Positions 1 to 7,847 of a stretch of 64,000 bases of DNA are shown in pieces. Within the stretch, counting starts at the first letter, position 1; the number at the start of each line of letters is the position of its first letter. Position numbers and translations under genes: made by a program. Below the pieces are notes generated by a model. That model saw nothing but the letters and a program-made list of their open reading frames with translations, was not told where the DNA came from and ran no database searches. This DNA comes from an uncultured bacterium (GTDB taxonomy: Bacteria; Omnitrophota; Omnitrophia; Omnitrophales; Aquincolibacteriaceae): NCBI GenBank assembly GCA_964606385.1, contig CAZSFZ010000009.1, positions 5,762 through 69,761 of the forward strand. The letters run 5' to 3'.

Positions 1-93
1 TAAAGGAGGTGGCCCATCGAGAAAAAAAAGCGTGATCAGCGGTATGCGGTCCATAATGTAAAAAAAGAATATCAACCAAAGGAGAAAACGATC

Positions 94-588
94 ATGTCAA
101 ATGACAAGTACAGATCCATCGTAAAACTCGACTTCCAGTACGCGCACAGATTTATGAATTATCCTGGAGAGGCAAGCTATCTTCATGGACATTCGGGGTT
201 ACTAACGATTGAAATTGAAGGGGAGTTAAATAAACATAATTATGCCCACCCAGTTAAAGAGGCGCAAAAATTAGCATGGGCAGTAGCCGACAACTTCATG
301 CATGCAACGATTTTTCAAGAAGGTGATCCCTTGCTTGATCTAGTTTTGCAAGGATATGAGAAAACAGGAATGAAGGGCACAACCAATAGATTTGGGACGC
401 CTGCAAAAGCTCTCAACCACGAGCTGGTAAAATCGTTTCCTGAAAGCAGGGTCGCTGTGAGCAAAGGCCCCTCTACTTGCGAATGGTTCTGCACGGTGTT
501 CTATGAACTATTGAAAGACAAGTTGAATATTAAAAAAGTAGAATTCCGTTCTTCTTCGTTGAACTGCGCATCAAGAGAGTTTAATTAA
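94..588 (+). CDS. 6-pyruvoyl-tetrahydropterin synthase (PTPS/QueD)-like protein; the gene is low-GC (~42%)
   Basis: HGH zinc-binding motif in 'ASYLHGHSG' and overall PTPS-like pattern, but the usual catalytic Cys is replaced. RBS aaaggag precedes the ATG. GC is far below the window average. Confidence 0.45.
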   Translation: MSNDKYRSIVKLDFQYAHRFMNYPGEASYLHGHSGLLTIEIEGELNKHNYAHPVKEAQKLAWAVADNFMHATIFQEGDPLLDLVLQGYEKTGMKGTTNRFGTPAKALNHELVKSFPESRVAVSKGPSTCEWFCTVFYELLKDKLNIKKVEFRSSSLNCASREFN

Positions 589-812
589 AAAAAGATTATT
601 GGTCTGGCAACCTAGAAGAAAAGCCGGGGACAGGCGTCCCGCCTTTGCGGCGGTGGGATGTCTGTCCCTGTTACTTTCCGAAAGCGACGTCGAGGAGCGT
701 CATGAGGGCGAAGCCGAGGATGGTGCCGGTCGTTGAGGGGTCGCTGTTTTCGTTTCGCCGGAATCCCGAGATGACCCTCTCTCTACGGAAAAATTCTCGA
801 TCCCGGCCGGTC

Positions 813-1043
813 TTACAGGTCTAAAGTCCCGCCTTCCCGAAGAAGCGTGTCATTCTTTCCATAGGCTTTTTTAAAGAGGCGGACGCGCGAAAGTCCGATC
901 TTGTGCCTCCGGACGTTCTCCCAAAAAATGTCCGCCCGGCCGAATGCGTCAAACAGGACCCCGCCGACCAGGAACGAAACACCCCAGCGGAGCGTCTTCC
1001 GTTCCCGTTGCGTGGAGCCTTCCGCGATCAGACGGACCTTCAT
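813..1043 (-). CDS. Hypothetical small protein (76 aa), last gene of the minus-strand operon
   Basis: ORF overlaps the stop of the upstream gene by 4 nt (ATGA at 1040-1043). No recognisable motifs. Confidence 0.3.
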   Translation of the reverse strand: MKVRLIAEGSTQRERKTLRWGVSFLVGGVLFDAFGRADIFWENVRRHKIGLSRVRLFKKAYGKNDTLLREGGTLDL

Positions 1044-1384
1044 GGGTTTTCCAGGACCTCGGCGGCTTTACCGACGCATTCGTGACAGGGGAGTTTGCGA
1101 AGGGCCTTGATCTCTTTGCATTTCAGCGATCCCGCCGCGGCCTGAAGCTCTTCCATTCCGGGATCGAGCCGGTGCGGCAGATGTTGCTCCAGGATGCATT
1201 TCGCCGCGTAGAAAGCCCCGCAAAGTCCATCAGGCGCCATTCCGCCCCCGCACGCGCCGAGGATCGCCGCTTTCTTTTCTTCCAGCGGGAATTTACTGCG
1301 GAATGTTTCCGCGACCGACTGCGCGCAGTTCAGACGATACGGTCCTTTTTTCCCCAGGAAGTAGGCTTTTGCGGTTTCTTTCAT
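1040..1384 (-). CDS. C_GCAxxG_C_C family redox protein
   Basis: Motifs 'NCAQSV', 'GACGGGM' and 'GLCGAFYAAKC' are typical of the family. Start is at the internal ATG at 1384, after an AAAGGAAAAA RBS, giving a 4-nt ATGA overlap with the upstream thioesterase stop. The longer ORF-track start at 1624 is rejected. Confidence 0.65.
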   Translation of the reverse strand: MKETAKAYFLGKKGPYRLNCAQSVAETFRSKFPLEEKKAAILGACGGGMAPDGLCGAFYAAKCILEQHLPHRLDPGMEELQAAAGSLKCKEIKALRKLPCHECVGKAAEVLENP

Positions 1385-1845
1385 GATCCGGTTGTTTTTC
1401 CTTTGGTTTTTTGGAAGAATTTTTCGGGTTTTTCCATGAACTTTCCAGAAGCCCTCGCGACGGTCCGGCCGTTCTGGATCAATTCCGACTCCACAAGATA
1501 AAGAGGGGGGTTGATCCTTTTGATCTGCGCCCGAAGAGCGGCCTTCCCCTTGGCTTTTACGGGAAAGAGGAAGCGGACGTTGAGAGAGGCGGTCACGGCG
1601 GTTTTCCAGTGGGCAAAAAGGCAATTGGTCATGGCTCCGTCCAGCATGGCCGCGATCACACCCCCGTGGAGGAATCCATGATAACCCTGCAGCGCCGGGG
1701 CGCAGGAGAAACGCGCCTTCACGGAACCGTCCTTACAAAACAGGAAAGGGAGCTTCATGCCCCCGGAATGCTGCCTGCCGCAAATAATGCAGGAAGAATG
1801 AAAACGATCCCGGAAAAGTCTTAATTTTTGATGACCCTGTTTCAT
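1381..1845 (-). CDS. PaaI/4HBT-type hotdog-fold thioesterase
   Basis: Signature 'GFLHGGVIAAMLD'. 154 aa. Confidence 0.65.
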   Translation of the reverse strand: MKQGHQKLRLFRDRFHSSCIICGRQHSGGMKLPFLFCKDGSVKARFSCAPALQGYHGFLHGGVIAAMLDGAMTNCLFAHWKTAVTASLNVRFLFPVKAKGKAALRAQIKRINPPLYLVESELIQNGRTVARASGKFMEKPEKFFQKTKGKTTGS

Positions 1846-1878
1846 GAGCCGGAGACCTTGGATTTGGGATCACGGTCC

Positions 1879-2244
1879 TTAATGGCAACCATGCTGGGAG
1901 CAGGCGTTATGGGCTGTTAATTCCTCAAGCCCCCCTTTTAAGAATTGTTGCGCGATCGCCTCGACGGTCCCGGGGATGGCGCGGTAAGCTTTGATCCCTC
2001 CCTCGTTCAATTTTTGGACGGCCCGGGCTCCCATACCGCCGGTCACGACCGCATCGATCTCTTTCCCCGTGAGGGAGGCCATCGGATGGCACATGCCGTG
2101 GCTGTGATGCTGGTTCGAATTGTCGATGATCTCGATCGCGTCTTTTTCCGTGTCATACACCGTAAAAAATGGGGCGCTACCGAAATGTTCATGCACACGG
2201 GCGGATTTTCCGTCCCGGGTCGTGGTAGGGATGCAGATCTTCAT
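1879..2244 (-). CDS. NifX/NifB-like dinitrogenase FeMo-cofactor biosynthesis domain protein
   Basis: 'KICIPTT..HFGSAPFFTVYD...IDAVVTGGMGARA' pattern. 4-nt overlap with the upstream DUF134 gene. Confidence 0.7.
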   Translation of the reverse strand: MKICIPTTTRDGKSARVHEHFGSAPFFTVYDTEKDAIEIIDNSNQHHSHGMCHPMASLTGKEIDAVVTGGMGARAVQKLNEGGIKAYRAIPGTVEAIAQQFLKGGLEELTAHNACSQHGCH

Positions 2245-2549
2245 GAAGGTTTCCTCTTCTTGTGAATGGGTTGATTTTTTGAGATCTTGAGAGCTTTGCC
2301 GTTAACGATCGCGTCCGCGACTTTTTTTCTGGCGTCAGCGATGATGTTGCCAAAAGTCTGCCTCGAAACGTTCATTTTTTTCGCGGCTTTTTCCTGATAA
2401 AGCCCCTCCAGGTCCGCGAGCCGTACGGCTTCAAATTCGTCGATCGTGAGCCCGATCTCCTGCAGGTCCGAAAGGGGAATGCCTCGGGGCTTGAAATAAT
2501 CGGCGCTCGGCATTCCGAAAACGCGCCTGCATTTAAAAGGCCGGGGCAT
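2241..2549 (-). CDS. DUF134 (UPF0251) family protein, predicted DNA-binding
   Basis: N-terminus 'MPRPFKCRRV' is diagnostic. It commonly pairs with NifX-like domain proteins in anaerobes. Confidence 0.65.
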   Translation of the reverse strand: MPRPFKCRRVFGMPSADYFKPRGIPLSDLQEIGLTIDEFEAVRLADLEGLYQEKAAKKMNVSRQTFGNIIADARKKVADAIVNGKALKISKNQPIHKKRKPS

Positions 2550-2631
2550 GGAATCGTTCCAAAGTTATTAGCATATGCCAATAATAGACCGCATCGCACT
2601 ACCTGTCAAGGGGAGGGGGCATTAAGAAAAA

Positions 2632-2661
2632 GAGGCGGTCCCGCCATGGCAGGACCGCCTC
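2632..2661 (-). terminator. Rho-independent terminator of the arsR-CoAPR-peroxiredoxin operon
   Basis: Perfect 10-bp stem gaggcggtcc/ggaccgcctc with a 10-nt loop, followed on the minus strand by a T-run (AAAAA at 2626-2630 on +). Confidence 0.55.
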
Positions 2662-2685
2662 TCCAACGAACGCGAAAGGAACCGC

Positions 2686-3468
2686 TTAGGGTTTTTTCGC
2701 TAAAGCGGCATCGACCTCTTCTTTGGGAAGTTTTTTGAAGCACATAAACCAGTCTTTGCAGTCCATGTCTTTGTCCGGATGCGTCATGCGCTCTTTTGCG
2801 ACGCCGCAGGAGCCGGCCGGCGGTACGATCACGTCATCTCCCGGGCGCCAGTCGGCGGGCGTCGCGACCTTGAACGCGTCGGAGGTCTGCATGGCTATGA
2901 GGAGGCGCTTGATCTCGTCAAAGTTACGGCCGTTCGACAGCGGGTAATAAAGGACCGCCCGGATCTTGCCCGCGGGATCGATGAAGAAAACCGCGCGTAC
3001 GGCCTGGGTATCGCTGGCCGTGGGCTGGAGCATGCCGTATTTTTTGGCCACTTCCATCTTGAGGTCTTCGATCAGGGGAAAGGTGACCTCGACATCTTTC
3101 ATGCCTTTGTATTCGATCTTTTCCTTGATCGTGCGCAGCCACGCGATATGGCTGTAGCCGCTGTCGATCGACAGACCGACGAGCTGGGTATTGAGCTTTT
3201 CAAATTCCGGCTGCAGGGTCGCGAACGTCATGAATTCGGTCGTGCAGACCGGCGTGAAATCCGCGGGATGGCTGAACAGAATGATCCATTTTCCTTTATA
3301 GTCCTCCGGAAAATTGATCATTCCTTGTGTTGTTTTGGCCGTAAAGGCGGGCGCGGCCTCTCCGATGAGCGGTAAATGCGACGCGGCCTTGACTTCTTCC
3401 GCGAAAGCGGGAACGACGGGTCCCAACAGCATGCATGCCGCCAGCAAAATCGATGTGAATGCTTTCAT
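2686..3468 (-). CDS. Secreted 1-Cys-type peroxiredoxin (Prx6-like) with a Cys-rich C-terminal extension
   Basis: 'FTPVCTTE' peroxidatic motif. Signal peptide MKAFTSILLAACMLLGPVVPAFA. ATG at 3468 is preceded by AAGGAGG. C-terminal tail 'CGVAKERMTHPDKDMDCKDWFMCF'. Confidence 0.75.
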   Translation of the reverse strand: MKAFTSILLAACMLLGPVVPAFAEEVKAASHLPLIGEAAPAFTAKTTQGMINFPEDYKGKWIILFSHPADFTPVCTTEFMTFATLQPEFEKLNTQLVGLSIDSGYSHIAWLRTIKEKIEYKGMKDVEVTFPLIEDLKMEVAKKYGMLQPTASDTQAVRAVFFIDPAGKIRAVLYYPLSNGRNFDEIKRLLIAMQTSDAFKVATPADWRPGDDVIVPPAGSCGVAKERMTHPDKDMDCKDWFMCFKKLPKEEVDAALAKKP

Positions 3469-3502
3469 GTAAACCTCCTTCGAGGTGGGTTGAAAAGTTG
3501 TT

Positions 3503-5956
3503 TTAAATGAAAAGATTGACGTTGCCGTTCTCCGCGCGGTCAAGGTACATCGCGACGCCGCCTGTTTCCACGCCGTCGATCAATTCCTCGAGCTTGATCC
3601 CCATGAGGTCCATGGACATCGAGCAGGCGACCAGCTTCGCGCCCGCGGCCTTCGCGCTCATGATCAATTCCGTGAGCGAGGCCACGTTCTTTTTCTTCAT
3701 GATGCCTTTGATCATCTGAAGGCCCATCCCGCCCATGTTCATCTTGGAAAGGGCGAGCTTCTCGGGGCCTTTCGGCATCATGAATCCAAACATGCGCTCG
3801 ACGAGATTTTTTTTCACCGGCCCGGATTTGGGTTTTCTGAGGACGTTTAGGCCCCAGAAGGTAAAGAACATCGTGACTTCGCTGCCCATGGCGAGGGCGC
3901 CGTTGGCGATCACAAAGGCGGCCATTACTTTGTCGAAATCGGAACTGAACACAACGATCGTTTTTTTCTTCGGGTCCCCGGAGGGGGCGTTCGCGGCCAT
4001 GGGATTCTCCTTTTTCCGGATCGTCGCCTGGTATTTCCCGGCGGCGGGTTTTAGTTCGATCAGTTCATTTCCCGTGCTTTGGCACCAGGAGCGGATATCG
4101 CTCACAAATCCCGGGTCCGTCGCGGAGATCCGGAGCGCCTCTCCGTCCCGGAGCTTTTCGATCTCGTTTTTGACGCGGAGGATCGGGCCGGGGCACTGCA
4201 GGCCGCACGCGTCGACTTCTTTGGAAAGCATCACAGGCCCTGACGCGTCCGCGGGGACGTTGTCGCGGGCGCCCGTATCGTCTTTCATTTCCGCGGACAC
4301 GGGTTTTTGGGGAAGAAGTCCGAGGCTGGCCTGGTAGGTGTCGTAGCCGCCGGTCAGGTTCCTGCATTTGAAACCGTTCTGGGACAGGATGCGGCAGGCG
4401 AGATAACCCCGCAGGCCCACTTTACAATACGCGAGATATTCTTTTTCCTTCGAGAGTTCGCCGAGCCGCCCCCGGAGTTCGTGAAGCGGGATATGGAGCG
4501 CCCCCGGGATCATCCCCGAAGTCACTTCCTCGGCGGTGCGTATGTCCAGCACCTGCTGATCTTTTTTCGGATGCGTGGCGTCCTCGGGATGGCAAACAAG
4601 GACATCCTTGCGGAGGACGTTCGCCGCGGCAAAACCGGCGTAATTAACAGGGTCCTTGGCGGAACCATAGGGAGGAGCATAGGAAAGCTCCATATCTTCC
4701 AGATTGTAGACCGTGAGCCCCGCGCGAAGGGCCGTCGCGATCACATCGATACGCTTGTCCACACCGTCCGCCCCAACCGCCTGCGCGCCCAGGATCTTGC
4801 CGCTTTGCGGGTCAAAGATAAGTTTGAGGTTGATGGGAGAAGCACCGGGGTAATAACTCGCGTGCGAAGCGGCATGTACATAGATCTTTTCGTAAGGGAT
4901 CTTGAGCCGTTTCAAAGTCTTTTCGCTTGCCCCGGTCATGCCGATCGAAAGGCCGAAGACCTTGCAGATCGCAGTGCCCTGTGTGTTCTTGTAAGACGAG
5001 AGCCTTCCGAAAATATTGTCCGCAGCGATACGGCCCTGCCGGTTCGCCGGCCCCGCGAGGGGGATCAGGGCTGATTCGGCCGTGACGAGATCCTTCACTT
5101 CGACCGCGTCGCCGACAGCAAAAATAGAGGGATCGCTGGTCCGCATATATTCATCCACCAGGATGCCGCCGCGCGTTCCGGTCTTAAGTCCGGCTTCTTT
5201 TGCGAGTTTGATTTCGGGTTTGACGCCGATCGCGAGGACCGCGAAACTGCAAGCCAGGGATTCTCCCGTGCTGAGTTCCGCTCGGAGCCCGGAATGTTCT
5301 TCACGGAATGCCTTTACGGAAGTTCCGAGGCGCAGGTCGACCCCGTGGAGCGTGAGTTCCTGATGAAGAGGTGCGGCCATTTCGGGGTCCGCGGGCCCCA
5401 TGACCTGTCTGGTCAGCTCGACCAAAGTGACGGGGACCTGTTTTTCTCTCAAGGCCTCCGCCATTTCAAGGCCGATATAACCGCCTCCCACGATCAGGAC
5501 CGGACCGTTTGCGCGTGAAGCGATCTCCTTTTTGATCGCGTCCATATCGGGAATACTGCGCAAGGTGAGGACCTTTTTGGAGTCTATGCCCGGGATCGGG
5601 GGGCGAACAGGTTCCGCGCCGGGGCTTAATATAAGGAAGTCGTAGGGTTCCTTGCGCTCGATCCCGGTCGTGAGTTCCCGCGCGACGACCTGTTTTTGAG
5701 CCGGATCGATCCGCAGGACTTCCGTCCGGACGCGGACGTCGATATTGAAATTCTTCCGCATGCTTTCCGGGCTTTGGACGATGAGACGTTCGCGGTCGGG
5801 GATTACGCCGCCGATGTGGTAGGGAAGTCCGCAATTCGCGAACGAGATATGCTCGCCGCGCTCAAACAGGATGATATCGGCTTTTTCCGAAAGACGGCGC
5901 GCGCGGGCCGCCGCCGAGGCCCCTCCGGCCACGCCTCCTACGATCAAAATACGCAT
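3503..5956 (-). CDS. CoA-disulfide/CoA-persulfide reductase fused to rhodanese, TusA and DsrE domains (CoAPR plus CstA-like module)
   Basis: N-terminal FAD/NAD(P) disulfide oxidoreductase ('MRILIVGGVAGGASAA', 'CGLPY'), then rhodanese 'AYCKVGLRGY', then TusA 'CGLQCPGPIL', then DsrE-like 'IVVFSSDFDKVMAAFVIANGA...TMFFTFWG'. 817 aa. Confidence 0.8.
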   Translation of the reverse strand: MRILIVGGVAGGASAAARARRLSEKADIILFERGEHISFANCGLPYHIGGVIPDRERLIVQSPESMRKNFNIDVRVRTEVLRIDPAQKQVVARELTTGIERKEPYDFLILSPGAEPVRPPIPGIDSKKVLTLRSIPDMDAIKKEIASRANGPVLIVGGGYIGLEMAEALREKQVPVTLVELTRQVMGPADPEMAAPLHQELTLHGVDLRLGTSVKAFREEHSGLRAELSTGESLACSFAVLAIGVKPEIKLAKEAGLKTGTRGGILVDEYMRTSDPSIFAVGDAVEVKDLVTAESALIPLAGPANRQGRIAADNIFGRLSSYKNTQGTAICKVFGLSIGMTGASEKTLKRLKIPYEKIYVHAASHASYYPGASPINLKLIFDPQSGKILGAQAVGADGVDKRIDVIATALRAGLTVYNLEDMELSYAPPYGSAKDPVNYAGFAAANVLRKDVLVCHPEDATHPKKDQQVLDIRTAEEVTSGMIPGALHIPLHELRGRLGELSKEKEYLAYCKVGLRGYLACRILSQNGFKCRNLTGGYDTYQASLGLLPQKPVSAEMKDDTGARDNVPADASGPVMLSKEVDACGLQCPGPILRVKNEIEKLRDGEALRISATDPGFVSDIRSWCQSTGNELIELKPAAGKYQATIRKKENPMAANAPSGDPKKKTIVVFSSDFDKVMAAFVIANGALAMGSEVTMFFTFWGLNVLRKPKSGPVKKNLVERMFGFMMPKGPEKLALSKMNMGGMGLQMIKGIMKKKNVASLTELIMSAKAAGAKLVACSMSMDLMGIKLEELIDGVETGGVAMYLDRAENGNVNLFI

Positions 5957-5957
5957 G

Positions 5958-6260
5958 TTAATCCTCCTCCGAACAACTTTTCTTGATGCAGTTCAAAACA
6001 TTCAGGACTTGCGGGCGGGCCAGAGAATAATAACGGAAATTGCAATCGGCCTCGCTCGCGAGGATGCCGGCCTTCTTTAAAAGGGCGAGGTGTTTTGAGA
6101 TCACGGCCTGGGGCAGGTCGAGCCGAGTAGCCAGTTCACCAACGGCGGAACGCCGGGAACGGAGCATTTCCACGATCCGCAGGCGGTCCGGGTGCGCCAG
6201 GACCCGCAGTTTTTTCGCGGCCCGTGCAAGCGTCTTGGGGTCGATCGGGATCTTTTTCAT
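5958..6260 (-). CDS. ArsR/SmtB-family transcriptional regulator with C-terminal cysteines
   Basis: 'LAHPDRLRIVEMLRS..VGELA..L.LPQAVISKHLALLKKAGIL' wHTH. Cys residues lie in 'ADCNF' and 'LNCIKKSCSEED'. Its stop abuts the CoAPR start (5956/5958). Confidence 0.7.
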   Translation of the reverse strand: MKKIPIDPKTLARAAKKLRVLAHPDRLRIVEMLRSRRSAVGELATRLDLPQAVISKHLALLKKAGILASEADCNFRYYSLARPQVLNVLNCIKKSCSEED

Positions 6261-6363
6261 GTTGACAATATACTAATTTTGGAATATATAAGTCAAGGAA
6301 TATTTAACCGAGACGTTCGGCGCGGCTTCGGCCGGTGATCCTTACTGATAAAACAGGTTTTCA

Positions 6364-7791
6364 ATGACGAAGAAACTCTTTAAGATAGAGGCCATGATCC
6401 AGAAGATCCTTTCCCTTGTCCTGCCGGTCATGCTTTTGGCCGTGCAACCGGTGTTCGCTGAAACGCCCGTCACGACGGATCAGACATGCATCGAAAAGCT
6501 GACCTTCCTTGATTTTTACCAAAAAGTTCTCGCGCATTATCCTGCACTAAAAAAACAGTACGAGAAGATCGCGCAGGCGAAGGCCCAGCGCAATCTCGCG
6601 ATATCCGACCTTTTTCCGCACGTCCAGGGCGTGTTCTCCACCGTGACGACCGATGACCCGGTCGGCGTTTTCGGGGACCTTTTGCGCCAGCAAAAATTCA
6701 CCCAGAATGATTTTTCGCTGGAGTCGCTCAACCGGCCCGATGCCCGCACGAATTACCACGTGGGGATCGAAGGGGAGATGCTGCTTTTTGATTCTTTTAA
6801 TACGATCTCAAAGATCCGCTCGGCCCGCCGGATGGTCAAGTCCGCCGACCTTGAAGCGGATTTCACGGAAATGGAGGCGGGGATCGTGGCGCTTGAAAGT
6901 TACCTCGGGCTCCTTCTCGCGCAGGAGAACTTCGATATCGTCTCGGGCGTCAAATCCGAAAGCGATCAGGATATCCGGCAGGCCGAAGACCTGAAGGAAA
7001 AAGGGATGATCCTCGGGGCGGATTATTACGCGGCCCGCGTGATCGCGGCTTCGATCGAACGCGAATACCACCGTTCGGAGGCCCTCCTCAAAAGCTCCCG
7101 CATGCTCATGAATATCCTGATGGGCGCGGACCCGGGCCTCGCGTGGGACCCCGTGGGAAAACTTCCCGAGATCAAACGGGAAGCGGTCGACCTCCGGGTC
7201 TGGCTCGCGCAGTCCTACCAGCAACGGAAAGACCTTGCCGCGATGGACCAAATGGTGGACGCGGCGCGCATCGAATCGTTCCGCCAGAAAACATCCTTTC
7301 TCCCAAAATTCTACGGTTTCGGAAGTCTTAATGAAGACGCGAACACCTGGCGCTCGGGCGGCGAGAATTTCACGGTGGGGTTCAAGGGGACCATGGATTT
7401 TCTTGATCCCGCGCTCCCGGGAAGGATCCAGAAGGCCAAGCATCAATATGAAGAGCTCAAGGCCGACCGGCAGGCGCTCCGGGACGCGATCGTCAAGGAC
7501 CTGGTGCTGGAATTGGCCCGGTATGAATCCGCGACCGCCGACCAGCCCGTCCTGAAACAGGCCGCGCAGGACGCGCAGCAGGCGAGCGAACAGACGGCCA
7601 AGCTTTATCAGGAGGGACGGAAATCCATCGCGGACCTTCTGGAGATCCGCCGCCTGCATCTGGACACCACTTCCGGTTTCCGGAGCCTCCTTATGGCGCT
7701 GGAGCTGGAGTACGCCAAATTATTATTCCTTTCCGGCCAGCTTGATGAAAACGGGCTTCGACAAGTCAACGAACGATTCAATAACCAGTAA
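6364..7791 (+). CDS. TolC-family outer membrane efflux protein (OMF)
   Basis: 475 aa with signal peptide; two repeat halves of coiled-coil/beta-barrel type. Upstream divergent promoter contains TTGACA. Confidence 0.75.
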   Translation: MTKKLFKIEAMIQKILSLVLPVMLLAVQPVFAETPVTTDQTCIEKLTFLDFYQKVLAHYPALKKQYEKIAQAKAQRNLAISDLFPHVQGVFSTVTTDDPVGVFGDLLRQQKFTQNDFSLESLNRPDARTNYHVGIEGEMLLFDSFNTISKIRSARRMVKSADLEADFTEMEAGIVALESYLGLLLAQENFDIVSGVKSESDQDIRQAEDLKEKGMILGADYYAARVIAASIEREYHRSEALLKSSRMLMNILMGADPGLAWDPVGKLPEIKREAVDLRVWLAQSYQQRKDLAAMDQMVDAARIESFRQKTSFLPKFYGFGSLNEDANTWRSGGENFTVGFKGTMDFLDPALPGRIQKAKHQYEELKADRQALRDAIVKDLVLELARYESATADQPVLKQAAQDAQQASEQTAKLYQEGRKSIADLLEIRRLHLDTTSGFRSLLMALELEYAKLLFLSGQLDENGLRQVNERFNNQ

Positions 7792-7829
7792 CACCTACGA
7801 GGTGTAGAGACACCACACCTCGTAGGTGT
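7791..7829. repeat. Perfect 15-bp-stem inverted repeat between the OMF stop and the RND RBS
   Basis: acacctacgaggtgt-agagacacc-acacctcgtaggtgt. No T-run follows, and an RBS (gagaagg) plus ATG at 7848 come next. Confidence 0.5.
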
Positions 7830-7847
7830 GAGAAGGTAACGGTTCCT

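Noticed and set aside
944-1501. Plus-strand ORF 944-1501 (185 aa)
   Set aside because: Overlaps two minus-strand genes with clear family motifs, has no RBS and no recognisable domains.
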